Positions 1 through 10,114 of a stretch of 64,000 nucleotides of DNA are shown piece after piece (within the stretch, counting starts at the first letter, position 1; each line of letters starts with the position of its first letter). Source of the stretch: Candidatus Latescibacterota bacterium. GTDB lineage: Bacteria; Latescibacterota; UBA2968; UBA8231. A model generated the notes under the pieces. It searched no databases, was not told the origin of the DNA, and was given only the letters and a program-made list of their open reading frames with translations. The position numbers and the translations under genes are program-made. Location: NCBI GenBank assembly GCA_965248265.1, contig CBDFJF010000001.1, forward strand, positions 2,560,001-2,624,000, read 5' to 3'.

Positions 1-2
1 AA

Positions 3-320
3 GGTGATGGCCGCGCCAACGAGTACCTCGTTGTCGGTCATTGCTGCGAGAGTGGTGATGTGTTGACACCAGAGCCGGGAAACCCGGAAAGGTTGCTGCC
101 ACGAATGCTGACGGTGCCCAACATTGGCGATGCCCTCGTCATCGGCAGCAGCGGAGCCTACTGCTCGGCGATGGCGGCAAAGAACTACAACTCCTTCCCC
201 GAAGCCCCCGAGATTCTGCTCGACCGGGACGGCATTTTCCACCAGATCCGCAAACGCCAAAGCCTGGAACAGGTGTTGCAGAACGAAGCCCTACCCGAAT
301 ACCTGACGACGACCGAATGA
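3..320 (+). CDS. lysA: Diaminopimelate decarboxylase, C-terminal part (5' truncated by window edge)
   Basis: Frame open from position 3: ...YLVVGHCCESGDVL...GAYCSAMAAKNYNSFPEAPEILL, i.e. the CESGD and GAY..M...YN motifs of LysA. Confidence 0.88.
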   Translation, partial: GDGRANEYLVVGHCCESGDVLTPEPGNPERLLPRMLTVPNIGDALVIGSSGAYCSAMAAKNYNSFPEAPEILLDRDGIFHQIRKRQSLEQVLQNEALPEYLTTTE

Positions 321-392
321 GTGCGCACGGGTACTCATTCAGTAGGATCGCACCTGCCAGGTGATATGAGGTGCCGGCCGGAGGCCGGCGTC

Positions 393-1322
393 TTATTGAT
401 AAACGGAGGTCAGCCACCCGTGCGGATCTTCGACTTCGCCGTTGACAATTTCGAAGAAGAGCTCCTGGATTTTCGTCGTGATCGGCCCTCGACGGCCATT
501 GCCGATCTGGACGTGATCGATGGTTGTGATCGGGGAGATCTCTGCCGCGGTACCACTGAAAAAGACTTCGTCAGCGATGTAGAGAAACTCCCGCGGGATA
601 CCACGCTGTTCAACGCGCATGCCCAGATCCCGTGACAGCGTGATTGCGGTGTGACGTGTGATACCCGGCAGGATCCCGTAGTGGGAGGCCGGGGTATAGA
701 TCTGCTCGTTCTTGATCACGAAGATGTTCTCGCCACTGCCCTCGCTGACGAGTCCGTCGACGCCCAGCACGATGCCCTCATCGAAACCGTTCTGGTTGGC
801 CTCGATACGCACTAGTTGGGAATTGAGATAGTTACCCCCCGCCTTGGCCAGGAACGGCATCGTGTTCGGTGCCATGCGATTCCATGAGGAAGTTCCGACC
901 GACACCCCATTCTCCAGGGCCTCAGCTCCCAGATACTCCCCCCATTCCCAGACAGCGATGACGCTGTCGACGGGACATGTCATTGGATCGACGCCAAGAG
1001 ATCCGTAGCCGCGATAAACTATGGGCCTGATGTAGCAGGCCTTGAGATCGTTGGCGCGAATCGTCGCCAGCACCGCCTCCATGAACTCCTCTGGGGAGTA
1101 CGGGATCTCCATGCGATAGATCTTGGCCGAGTCGTAGAGGCGATTGATGTGGTCCTCAAGCCGGAACACAGCAGGTCCTCGCTTGGTATCGTAGCAGCGG
1201 ATTCCCTCGAACACGCTCGACCCGTAGTGGATGACGTGAGACAACACATGGATCTTGGCCTGGTCCCAGGGAACGTTCTCGCCGTTGCACCAGATCAAAT
1301 TGGATTTTGGCATTTCAGGCAT
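393..1322 (-). CDS. ilvE: Branched-chain amino acid aminotransferase
   Basis: IHYGSSVFEGIRCY, KAGGNYLNS, EGSGENIF, LPGITR, SGTAAEI motifs of class IV aminotransferases. Confidence 0.95.
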   Translation of the reverse strand: MPEMPKSNLIWCNGENVPWDQAKIHVLSHVIHYGSSVFEGIRCYDTKRGPAVFRLEDHINRLYDSAKIYRMEIPYSPEEFMEAVLATIRANDLKACYIRPIVYRGYGSLGVDPMTCPVDSVIAVWEWGEYLGAEALENGVSVGTSSWNRMAPNTMPFLAKAGGNYLNSQLVRIEANQNGFDEGIVLGVDGLVSEGSGENIFVIKNEQIYTPASHYGILPGITRHTAITLSRDLGMRVEQRGIPREFLYIADEVFFSGTAAEISPITTIDHVQIGNGRRGPITTKIQELFFEIVNGEVEDPHGWLTSVYQ

Positions 1323-1350
1323 ACCGATTAGCTCCTCAAACCTCGTTCCC

Positions 1351-3300
1351 TCAGACCTGCCGGCTGATGTTGACGCTGAAACTGTCGAAGTCTCCGCTGC
1401 GCTGCCGCGACCGGCTTGCGCGCGCGGACACGTTGGTTGATCCGCTAGGACGATAGTCGACGTTCGTCGATATGTTGCGATGCGGACTGCGCCGCTCCAA
1501 GTCCCGCTCGACTCCCTGATCCGTATAGTTGAGCGACCACTTGCGATCCAGCCGGTAACTGTAGGTCATGCCGATGGTCAGCGATGTGGTCGGCCGGTAC
1601 GACATCCCCGTCCCCAGCGAGAAATCCGCGTTGTCCTCCTCGACGATCTGTGCGTTCTTCCCTACCAACAACACGCCAAAATCGTCGGCGCTGTAGCGAA
1701 AGTTGGCGTTTACCTTGATTTGTTCCAGCACTGTCCGTCGTACGGAATGACGCATCGACCAACCACGCCTAATATTGCTACGACGGTCGCTGATGTTGAG
1801 CTGACGATCAAAGTCGAAGATAGTCCTCCGAGCGGATATATCAAAAGCGTGGCTGATGTCGGTTTCGAAACGTTCGTAACTGGTGTTGATGGCCAAGCGC
1901 AGATTGCTGCTGCGCGAATTGTCCCCCGACCGGCTCGCGTTGAGATCGACTTTGTGCGTATTGCTCGAGCTCAAGTTGGCCGTGAGAGACAAACCGTTCT
2001 CGAAACGCCCCCTGTACTGCAAACTCGCGTTGCGGGCGATGTTGTCGCGATCCTGCTCCGGGGCTGCCGGGCTGTCATCCCTGTTGCTGCGCGCGGAGCC
2101 TCTCATGGTCAGCGAGTGGTCCTCGATGAACTGCCACGCCAACGAGCCGCTGACTGCCAGGCCGCGATCCTCGCGGTCATCTTTCGAGTCGCGGAAGATA
2201 CTTCCGTCCTCCAACTCCACGGGAAGTCTGCTCTCATCCGAAAAATCATAGGACGTCGACGTAGAGACGACGAGTCCGGCCGGCAGCTTGCCGCTGGCGG
2301 ACAGATCGAAACCCCAATGGTTCGATCTTCTGTCCCTGGCGAAGAACCTATTTCGCGGATCCTTGTCCGCATTGGCCGTGTTCTGATTCCTTGTCTCTCG
2401 CCAGGATTGCGAGCCCCTTATGTCGAATCCGGCCACGTCGAACGAGACGTTGCTGTTGACGCTACGGCCGAAGGACTTGGACAGTTCGGCGGCTACGGTC
2501 GTGTCGCGCTCGACTTCGCCATCGACGGCCTCCTCCGTGATCACGGCCCGGGTCAGACCGTTCTGGCTGCGCGTCTCACCAAAACTCACGCTGGTTTGCA
2601 CCTGACCCATCAGTTTGTAGTTCGTAGTCAGGTTGAGCGACTCCCCTCGGCTCTTGCTGGTCTTCAAGGTGTTGTCGCTCTTGCGCATGCTCAGTGAACC
2701 GCCAAGGCGCTCGCCCATAAAATCGACCTTCGGCGAAACCGACAACGACGCGTTATAGCGTATCCCCTTCTCGACGATCGTACTGTCGAGGTTGACACGG
2801 CTGGCTCGTGACGCCGTTATCACCCCTGGAGTAATGCTCGCTCGCAGGCTGCTGAATAGGCTCTTCGTGCGAGCGAACGGACGGTATGAAAACCTAAGCC
2901 CGAAGGTCTGATTGCGGATCTTTTGTCGGACCAGGGTCGAACTGCGTGCCGACATCGAGGCATTGAAACCGATGGATCCCTTTGGCCCCAGAATCGGGTA
3001 GTCGACGCTGGCACTCAGGGATGCCCTGTCTTGCCAGGTATTGCGACCGTTTCGACGATTCAGTGACGATCCCAGGCCGGCCGAGGTCCTGACACGCAGC
3101 ATGGACGTGGTGTCGTCCGTTGCGGCCAGCGTCACCGGGATGGCGAAGCTCCATCCGGGAAATGAAGGCGTCCACGACATGCGATTGCTGGCGCTCGAGA
3201 ACGCCAGCGAGTACCTCTCCGCCTGCGACTCGCCGGCCAGGACCATCAACGCCAGCAGAGCGCCGACGATGACTCCGTCTGCTCCACGCCGCAGCGTCAC
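1351..3300 (-). CDS. Hypothetical exported protein, probable outer-membrane beta-barrel (~650 aa)
   Basis: GTG at 3300 overlaps the rsmA stop (GTGA); signal-peptide-like N-terminus (GALLALMVLAGESQA); Ser/Arg/Asn-rich alternating strand pattern throughout, ending FSVNISRQV. Confidence 0.65.
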   Translation of the reverse strand: MTLRRGADGVIVGALLALMVLAGESQAERYSLAFSSASNRMSWTPSFPGWSFAIPVTLAATDDTTSMLRVRTSAGLGSSLNRRNGRNTWQDRASLSASVDYPILGPKGSIGFNASMSARSSTLVRQKIRNQTFGLRFSYRPFARTKSLFSSLRASITPGVITASRASRVNLDSTIVEKGIRYNASLSVSPKVDFMGERLGGSLSMRKSDNTLKTSKSRGESLNLTTNYKLMGQVQTSVSFGETRSQNGLTRAVITEEAVDGEVERDTTVAAELSKSFGRSVNSNVSFDVAGFDIRGSQSWRETRNQNTANADKDPRNRFFARDRRSNHWGFDLSASGKLPAGLVVSTSTSYDFSDESRLPVELEDGSIFRDSKDDREDRGLAVSGSLAWQFIEDHSLTMRGSARSNRDDSPAAPEQDRDNIARNASLQYRGRFENGLSLTANLSSSNTHKVDLNASRSGDNSRSSNLRLAINTSYERFETDISHAFDISARRTIFDFDRQLNISDRRSNIRRGWSMRHSVRRTVLEQIKVNANFRYSADDFGVLLVGKNAQIVEEDNADFSLGTGMSYRPTTSLTIGMTYSYRLDRKWSLNYTDQGVERDLERRSPHRNISTNVDYRPSGSTNVSARASRSRQRSGDFDSFSVNISRQV

Positions 3301-4196
3301 GTCGTTTCCTCCGTCGCGGCCGGGACCGACGCAAACAGGTTGTTGCTGAGCGTGGCGAACTCCTGTATCGACAGCGTCTCCGCCCTTCGGGTCAGATCGA
3401 TTCCAGCACTCTGTGCAGCTTTGTGCATCCACTCACTGGCCACCGCCTCGGGTGACACAGCCTCCTGATGCCCGCCCATGCTGGTGAACAATGCCTTCAG
3501 GGAGTTGCGCAGCATCTTGCGTCGCTGAGAGAACGCGGCCCTGACGAGCCGCTCGAAGCACCTGGGGTCGTGGATGCAGACCACGGGAGCCCGCGCGATG
3601 TCGATTTCGATCACAGCGGAATCCACCCGAGGGGTCGGTCGGAAACGGCTGCGGTCGACGTCCATACGCAGCTCGATCTGCGCCCGCGTTCCGAGCAACA
3701 CGGAGAGCAGACCGTAGTCTCGCGACCCCGGTTTCGATACCAGCCGTCGCGCCACTTCCTTCTGCACGGTCAGCACGGCTTTGGAGACGATGTCGAAATG
3801 CTCGAACAGCCGAAATAACAGGGGTGCTGTTATGTTGTACGGAATGTTTCCGACGACGACGAAATGCCGCTTTTCTTCCTCCTGCAAGAGAGCGCGCAGA
3901 TCGAGCTGCAGTGCATCGCCCGCCAGCAGGCGAAGTCGGGGGTCAGCGCTGTAACGCCGGGTCAACTCCGCCAACAGGTCACGATCGATCTCCACGGCGA
4001 CGAGCCGTTCCAACCTCTGGAGCAGGTGGTGCGTGAGCGCCCCAGCGCCCGGACCAACTTCCAACACGACCTCGCTGGGTGTGGGATTAACCAGTTCGGC
4101 GATGCCGCCGAGGACTAGATCGTCGGTCAAAAAGTGCTGACCGAATCGTTTCCGTGGCCTGTTAGACCGGGACCCAGACGCACCGGTTGAGTTCAT
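3297..4196 (-). CDS. rsmA: 16S rRNA (adenine(1518)/(1519)-N6)-dimethyltransferase
   Basis: KRFGQHFL, EVGPGAGALT, GNIPYNIT, QKEVA, FSQRRKMLRNSL; ATG at 4196 overlaps the holB stop. Confidence 0.95.
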   Translation of the reverse strand: MNSTGASGSRSNRPRKRFGQHFLTDDLVLGGIAELVNPTPSEVVLEVGPGAGALTHHLLQRLERLVAVEIDRDLLAELTRRYSADPRLRLLAGDALQLDLRALLQEEEKRHFVVVGNIPYNITAPLLFRLFEHFDIVSKAVLTVQKEVARRLVSKPGSRDYGLLSVLLGTRAQIELRMDVDRSRFRPTPRVDSAVIEIDIARAPVVCIHDPRCFERLVRAAFSQRRKMLRNSLKALFTSMGGHQEAVSPEAVASEWMHKAAQSAGIDLTRRAETLSIQEFATLSNNLFASVPAATEETT

Positions 4197-5293
4197 ACGG
4201 CCGCGCTCGTTCGACTCTGCAACAATTGCCACCACACCCGTGCCAGAAGCAGTTGCGGACTGACGTTCCGCACCAGGCAATCCTGTGCATGTTCCAACTC
4301 GATGGCGACACTTTCTATGCGTTCGGGTTGTACTCGCTCCAGACATCGCTTCAAACGGGGGGCTTGATCGACGTTGACGATATGCTCCTGTCGGCCGTGA
4401 TGCAGCAGGAACAGGTCCCTCAACAAGACCGCGACGAGGTGAAGGAACTTCTCGAAGCGCCCCCTGTCGCCAGGGCTCGTAACCTCCTGTTGCACCACCC
4501 AGTACTCCTCCTCCTTCCCTTCACCGAGACCTGCCTCAACCAGACCCAGAGCCAGCTCCCTCGTCGCTGTAAACTCTTCGTCCAGGGTGCCCATGGCTCG
4601 TCCACGACTGCCGGCAGCGGAACGAGCGGCGAGCTCCAGACGGTCGTCATCCAGACCGGAGGACGCCAGCAGTGTTTTCAACTCCTGCGTGGACAGCGGC
4701 GCCAACGGCAACCCCTGGCAGCGGGAAACGATGGTCGGCAACAGACGATCCGGGTGCGAGGATACCAGTATGAATACTGCGTGCTGTTGTGGTTCCTCCA
4801 AAGTTTTCAGGAGAGAGTTGGCTCCCACGCGATGCATGCTCTCCGCTTCGAAGATCAATCCGATTCTCTTGGGAGCCTCCGTCGGTGCGTATCCCATTTC
4901 GCGCTGCAGCAACCGGATGTGGTCTCGAGGAATGTTGAACCCGCTGCGTGTCAGGGTGGTGTCCTGCTGCAGGTAGTCGAGGGCGGCATCGTGCAGAGCA
5001 GAGAGCGCTTGCGCCTCACTGCGCTTGCCACCACCCGTGGGCAGCGGCACCAGCACGTGCACGTTGGGATGATTCAGCGAGTCGGTTTTACGACAGGAAG
5101 CACAAAGACCGCAGGCCTCTGGTCCTGCGCTTTGGCAGTTGATCGCTTTGGCGAGATCGAGGGCGAGCTGTCTCTTGCCGACCCCTTCGGACCCGGTCAC
5201 CAGAATGGCGTGCGGCAGGCGATCGCCTTCTAGCCAAACCTGGATCTGTTCCTTGGCGCGTGACTGGCCGGTGAGCTGGGGAAGTGGAGGCAA
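4193..5293 (-). CDS. holB: DNA polymerase III subunit delta'
   Basis: HAILVTGSEGVGK, Zn motif C..ACGLCASC, NSLLKTLEEP, LLPTIVSRC; start (TTG 5293) uncertain. Confidence 0.88.
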   Translation of the reverse strand: MPPLPQLTGQSRAKEQIQVWLEGDRLPHAILVTGSEGVGKRQLALDLAKAINCQSAGPEACGLCASCRKTDSLNHPNVHVLVPLPTGGGKRSEAQALSALHDAALDYLQQDTTLTRSGFNIPRDHIRLLQREMGYAPTEAPKRIGLIFEAESMHRVGANSLLKTLEEPQQHAVFILVSSHPDRLLPTIVSRCQGLPLAPLSTQELKTLLASSGLDDDRLELAARSAAGSRGRAMGTLDEEFTATRELALGLVEAGLGEGKEEEYWVVQQEVTSPGDRGRFEKFLHLVAVLLRDLFLLHHGRQEHIVNVDQAPRLKRCLERVQPERIESVAIELEHAQDCLVRNVSPQLLLARVWWQLLQSRTSAAV

Positions 5294-5315
5294 AGCAGAT
5301 TCGGCTCGGAGACGC

Positions 5316-6446
5316 TCAGGTCGCCGTCGAAGCCGCCAGCAGGTTGGTGTGGCCCTCACCGTGATCGAAGAAATGGGCCTTGTCTATTTCGACAGCCAGG
5401 GTCACGGTGTCGTTGACGGACGGCATGTTCGATGGATCGACCCGCGCCACCAGAGCCGATTTCCCCGCCCGCAGGTTGAGAAACACCTCACTCCCCATCG
5501 GCTCGACGACTTCAACGGTTGCCGTCAGTGGAGCTGTGGTCTTGTCCGCCCGTGCTGCAGACTCCACATCATGTATGTCTTCGGGCCGAATGCCAAACAC
5601 CACGGAGGTACCGTCATAGTCTCGAAGTCGTTCACTCTGGGTGCGGCCCAGGGGCAGCCTCAAACCCTCCTGCTCGAAAACGAGATTTCCGCCACCTTCA
5701 CTCGCGATTCGACCTTCGACGAAATTCATGCCCGGACTACCGATAAAGCCGGCCACGAATCGGTTTGTCGGATAGCCATATAGACTGAGCGGCGTGTCGA
5801 CCTGTTGCACCAATCCTTCGTTCATCACCGCGATACGGTCCCCCATCGTCATCGCCTCAACCTGATCGTGCGTGACGTAGACGATGGTCGCTCCGAGCCG
5901 CATGTGCAGTTTGCTGATTTCCGCCCTCGTTTGCACTCGCAGTTTGGCATCCAGATTGGACAACGGCTCGTCAAAGAGAAACACCTTGGGCTTGCGCACG
6001 ATGGCTCGCCCCACGGCCACCCGTTGCCGTTGACCACCCGACAGCGCCCGCGGGCGACGGTCGAGCAGATCCTCGATGTCCAGAATCGCTGCTGCTTCAC
6101 GCACCCGGTCATCGATCTCGCTCTTGGGGTACTTCCGTAGCTTCAGACCGAAAGCCATGTTGCCGTACACGTTCATGTGGGGGTACAGGGCGTAATTCTG
6201 GAAGACCATGGCGATGTCGCGATCCTTCGGCGGTAAATCGTTGACCATGATACCGTCGATGTAGATCTCCCCCGAGGTGGTCTCCTCGAGACCTGCGATC
6301 ATGCGTAGCGTCGTTGACTTGCCGCATCCGGATGGACCGACCAGGACGACAAACTCTCCTTCGCCGATCTCAATGCTGACATCGTCAACGGCGACGACAC
6401 TCTTGTCGAACACCTTGCGGACCGACTTTAGGACCACTTCAGCCAA
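5316..6446 (-). CDS. MalK/UgpC/MsmX-family sugar ABC transporter ATP-binding protein
   Basis: GPSGCGKST, LSGGQRQRVA, FDEPLSNLDAKLR, YVTHDQVEAM and a C-terminal TOBE-like region. Confidence 0.93.
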   Translation of the reverse strand: MAEVVLKSVRKVFDKSVVAVDDVSIEIGEGEFVVLVGPSGCGKSTTLRMIAGLEETTSGEIYIDGIMVNDLPPKDRDIAMVFQNYALYPHMNVYGNMAFGLKLRKYPKSEIDDRVREAAAILDIEDLLDRRPRALSGGQRQRVAVGRAIVRKPKVFLFDEPLSNLDAKLRVQTRAEISKLHMRLGATIVYVTHDQVEAMTMGDRIAVMNEGLVQQVDTPLSLYGYPTNRFVAGFIGSPGMNFVEGRIASEGGGNLVFEQEGLRLPLGRTQSERLRDYDGTSVVFGIRPEDIHDVESAARADKTTAPLTATVEVVEPMGSEVFLNLRAGKSALVARVDPSNMPSVNDTVTLAVEIDKAHFFDHGEGHTNLLAASTAT

Positions 6447-6948
6447 TGAGCGTAATTCCTTGCTTGGATGTAGCGGATCCGGGTTGGATGCTCAGCTTCT
6501 CCAACGAGCGATGCATGAGCACGGCTTCTTCAACCGGATCGGTGTAGAATTCCGGATGCCTCCCGGAGACCTCGAATTGAAATCTCTGGTATAGCTGTTG
6601 GGCTCCGATATTGGATGCGCGAACCTCGAGACGACAGATCTTGCAATGGCGGCTGCGTGCACGCGCCAGGATCTCGCCGAGCAGGAAACTGCCCCAGCCC
6701 TGACGGCGATACTCCGGGACGACGGCCAGACTCGCCAGGTGCACTTCTTCTCGCTCTGTATCGACGTATCCGAGAGCGTACCCGGTGAGATCGTCACCGC
6801 GCCACAATCCGACATTCAACGCCCGCTCGTCATGCGCCAACAGCTGAAAATCCTCTATTCGCCACGGTTGTGAGAAGGAGCGCTGCTCGATCTCCATAAT
6901 CCGGGGCCAGTACGAGCTGTCGGCCCACGGCACCTCAGCGGCGTGCAC
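6439..6948 (-). CDS. rimI: Ribosomal protein alanine N-acetyltransferase (GNAT)
   Basis: IEQRSFSQPW, LAVVPEYRRQGWG, LEVRASN..AQQLY..F.F...GR..FY..P.EEA..M; follows tsaB; start uncertain (6897-7011). Confidence 0.85.
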   Translation of the reverse strand: MHAAEVPWADSSYWPRIMEIEQRSFSQPWRIEDFQLLAHDERALNVGLWRGDDLTGYALGYVDTEREEVHLASLAVVPEYRRQGWGSFLLGEILARARSRHCKICRLEVRASNIGAQQLYQRFQFEVSGRHPEFYTDPVEEAVLMHRSLEKLSIQPGSATSKQGITLIG

Positions 6949-7672
6949 GATGTGCGTTGCCTCTCGAGGCCGTGGACGCTTTTCTGGCGCGCTGCTCCAC
7001 GGCCGTTTCATAGGTGGGCGTGCGCAGGTACTCGGGCTCAGCCGAGTCGAGTTCCTCTGTGTCTCCAGCCATCAACTTTGCGTGGCCAAGATAACCGACA
7101 TAGCACGCCTGTGGCTTCCCAACGGGCTCTGGTGCGCACCTGTAATAAGGAAAATCCTGCACCAGATCGACGAACGCAACGGCCCCTTCTCCACACAGAA
7201 TGACCGGTGCGCTTGGCAGTCTATCCAACACCTCCGGGACAGAATCGATTCGTGGAGTCGACTGCAACCGCGGGTGACCGTCAGTGGTATCGTAAAGAGC
7301 CCAGCAGGCCTCCCCCGAACGCGCGCCCACGATCGCACATACGGCGTCAGTACAGTACGGTAAGCCAGCGGCGATGGCATCCAGTGTCGACACCGTGACG
7401 AGGGCTGCCCCACTCGCCAGGCACAGACCCTTGGCAGCACTCAGACCGATCCGCAGTCCGGTGTAGGACCCGGGCCCGACCGAAACCGCGACTCCATCCA
7501 GCGCCGCCGCCTGCTGTGCGCTCCGTTCCAACAATTCGTCGATTTCGACGAACAGCCTGCGGGAATGCTCCAGATTGGTGTCGAAATACCGGGCCCCAAC
7601 GATGTGCCCCTCATATAGCAGAGCCACGCTGCCGCTTCGGGTGGCCGTGTCAATCGCCAACGTCAACATCAC
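6935..7672 (-). CDS. tsaB: tRNA threonylcarbamoyladenosine biosynthesis protein TsaB
   Basis: LAIDTAT, HSRRL, GPGSYTGLRIG, EPEYLR. Confidence 0.93.
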   Translation of the reverse strand: MMLTLAIDTATRSGSVALLYEGHIVGARYFDTNLEHSRRLFVEIDELLERSAQQAAALDGVAVSVGPGSYTGLRIGLSAAKGLCLASGAALVTVSTLDAIAAGLPYCTDAVCAIVGARSGEACWALYDTTDGHPRLQSTPRIDSVPEVLDRLPSAPVILCGEGAVAFVDLVQDFPYYRCAPEPVGKPQACYVGYLGHAKLMAGDTEELDSAEPEYLRTPTYETAVEQRARKASTASRGNAHRARR

Positions 7673-7820
7673 AATGCCCTGTCGCCGAAGTAGACTTGTG
7701 AAATGAGGGCGCCGAATCGCCCGACGTGCAGGACCTGCACGAGAGAAGACCGCGCGAGCAGGCGCGACCTCACGACTGACGTTAGCTGTGCTCGTGGCAT
7801 GGCGCTTGATCGGCGTCCGC

Positions 7821-8864
7821 TCATTGCAATGGCAACGGCATCTGATCGTCGTCGGTGCCGTCGCTCTGACGCGGTGTTCTTCCGAGATGCTCGTAGGCCC
7901 GCCTCAGTGCCAGACGTCCTTTCGGTGTGCGCTGAACGAATCCCTCCTTGATCAGGTATGGTTCATACACCTCGACCAGGGTCTCTTCTTCCTCGCCTAC
8001 CGCGGCTGACAGGTTGTTGATACCCACCGGTCCGCCATCGAATTTATCTATGATCGCAGTCAGCAAGCGCACGTCGATTTCGTCCAGACCGAGCTGATCG
8101 ACCTTCAGTATCCCCAGAGCCCGATCGGCGATTTCAGCATCGACCACGCCGTTGCCCTCAACCTGGGCGTAGTCGCGCACTCGCCGCAGCCACCGCTTTG
8201 CCAGGCGCGCAGTACCGCGGGAACGACGGGCGATCTCTTGCGCCCCTTCCGTCTCGATCTTGAAGTCGAGCAACCTGGCGTCGCGCAGCACGATCAGCGT
8301 CAGATCCTCGGCGTCGTAGTAGTCCAATCCCCCTTGAATACCGAAGCGGGCTCGCATGGGTGCAGTCAGCAACCCCTGTCTGGTGGTAGCTCCCACCAGA
8401 GTGTAGGGCTCCAGATGCAGGGCGACGGATCTAGCGCGAGGTCCCTGGTCGATCATGATGTCGATGCGATAATCTTCCATCGCCGAATAGAGGTACTCCT
8501 CGACGACTCGATTTACCCGGTGGATCTCATCGATGAAGAGGACGTCCCGGGGTCCCAGATTGGTGAGGATTCCAGCAAGATCCGTCGGCCGTTCGAGCAG
8601 TGGACCGGAGGTGACGTGGATCTCGACGCCGAGCTCATTGGCGACTACGTGAGCGAGAGTCGTTTTCCCCAGTCCTGGCGGACCGTGCAGGAGTACATGG
8701 TCGAGGGCCTCGTCCCGCTGTTTGGTCGCCTCGATGGCGATACGCAGCTGCTCCTTGACCTTGGCCTGGCCGAGCATTTCGCCCAGCGTTTTGGGCCGCA
8801 ACGTGTGATCCGCACCTTCGTCACCATTCTCGTCACCCGGATCAGTGATTCGTGTGTCCATCAA
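7821..8864 (-). CDS. ruvB: Holliday junction branch migration helicase RuvB
   Basis: [34 protein letters not shown]...RTPKGR. Confidence 0.97.
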   Translation of the reverse strand: MMDTRITDPGDENGDEGADHTLRPKTLGEMLGQAKVKEQLRIAIEATKQRDEALDHVLLHGPPGLGKTTLAHVVANELGVEIHVTSGPLLERPTDLAGILTNLGPRDVLFIDEIHRVNRVVEEYLYSAMEDYRIDIMIDQGPRARSVALHLEPYTLVGATTRQGLLTAPMRARFGIQGGLDYYDAEDLTLIVLRDARLLDFKIETEGAQEIARRSRGTARLAKRWLRRVRDYAQVEGNGVVDAEIADRALGILKVDQLGLDEIDVRLLTAIIDKFDGGPVGINNLSAAVGEEEETLVEVYEPYLIKEGFVQRTPKGRLALRRAYEHLGRTPRQSDGTDDDQMPLPLQ

Positions 8865-8919
8865 TGTGCTCTTACGTGGCGCGGTGAATGATCTTGTAGT
8901 GACGGGATGAGCGGTTTTC

Positions 8920-9525
8920 TCAACGTTCGCGTAGCGCTCGCTTGATCAGCCCTTGAAGTGTCAAGGTTTCATCGGATTTCTTCTCAGCCGCCTTCTCCAC
9001 TGCCTTCCTTGCAACACCTATTTGCATACCAAGGGCAACCAGCGCCAGGGCCGCTTCCTCATGGATCCCGTCGTGGGGTCCCGCCTCTCCGGTAGTCCCG
9101 GAGGACGTTGGTGGCATACCTGTGGATGGAATCCGATCGCGCAACTCGACGACCACACGCTCCGCGGTTTTGCGGCCAATGCCGCGCACACCAGTGAGAG
9201 TTTGTGCGGCTCCGCCCAAAATGGCCTGCTTCAGTTCATGCACCGACATGCCCGACAGGATCGTCTGGGCCAGGTTCGGGCCAATCCCCGAAACACCGAT
9301 CAAGAGCTGGAACATTTCTCTTTCTGCGCTGTCGACGAACCCGAACAGCTCAAGCCGGTCTTCGCGAACATAGGTGTGAGTGTATAGATGGATCTGAACC
9401 TCACACTCGGGCAGTTGCTCATAGGTCGCCAGCGACACGGCCAAGCCGTACCCGACTCCATTGACATCAACCACGGCATGGGTCGGAGATTTGTGTACGA
9501 GCGTTCCCTTTAGATGTTTGATCAA
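8920..9525 (-). CDS. ruvA: Holliday junction branch migration protein RuvA
   Basis: [42 protein letters not shown]. Confidence 0.96.
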   Translation of the reverse strand: MIKHLKGTLVHKSPTHAVVDVNGVGYGLAVSLATYEQLPECEVQIHLYTHTYVREDRLELFGFVDSAEREMFQLLIGVSGIGPNLAQTILSGMSVHELKQAILGGAAQTLTGVRGIGRKTAERVVVELRDRIPSTGMPPTSSGTTGEAGPHDGIHEEAALALVALGMQIGVARKAVEKAAEKKSDETLTLQGLIKRALRER

Positions 9526-9537
9526 GCGGTGTGCTAC

Positions 9538-10083
9538 CTACCTAGTAGTCATGCGCGCGAGGAGTGCTTCGACCTCTGGCTTGCGTTGCCGGTGACTGCC
9601 AAGGTCCCCCCGCACTTGCCGGCTGTGGATATGACAGATCGCGATGGCCAGCGCGTCCGACGCATCCAACGGACGAGGCATCTCGCGCAAGCTGAACATG
9701 CGGGTAATCATGAACTGCACTTGCTCTTTCGTCGCCTGTCCGCTTCCAGCAACTGCCTTCTTCACCTCGGCCGGTGTGTAAGCGGCTATAGGCAATCCGG
9801 ATTGATGCACGGCAAGTCGAATAACACCGCGCGCCTCGCCAAGCTTGGCGGCGGCGTTGGCGTCCTTGCCGTAGTAGCTGCTCTCGACGGCGACTTCATG
9901 CGGTCCGGACTCTGAGATGATCCTGCAGATGCCGTCGTAGATCTGACCCAGACGCTCTTCGAAGGAACTCGTTGACTTGGGCCGGATACAGCCACAGGCA
10001 AGAAACGCATGCTTGTTGCCGGTCACGTCGACCAACCCGTAGCCCGTGCTCGTGCTGCTGGGGTCGATACCGAGGATGATCAA
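9538..10083 (-). CDS. ruvC: Crossover junction endodeoxyribonuclease RuvC
   Basis: IILGIDPS..TGYG, AVE, GEARG, VKKAVAGSGQATKEQVQFM, DASDALAIAICH; TTG start at 10083. Confidence 0.95.
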   Translation of the reverse strand: MIILGIDPSSTSTGYGLVDVTGNKHAFLACGCIRPKSTSSFEERLGQIYDGICRIISESGPHEVAVESSYYGKDANAAAKLGEARGVIRLAVHQSGLPIAAYTPAEVKKAVAGSGQATKEQVQFMITRMFSLREMPRPLDASDALAIAICHIHSRQVRGDLGSHRQRKPEVEALLARMTTR

Positions 10084-10114
10084 GTCGTGGTAGGTCGTCG
10101 GGGGAGGATGGATG

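Noticed and set aside
7669-7800. 43-aa ORF between ruvB and tsaB whose stop overlaps the tsaB start
   Set aside because: No clear SD or recognisable motif; cannot be told from a chance frame
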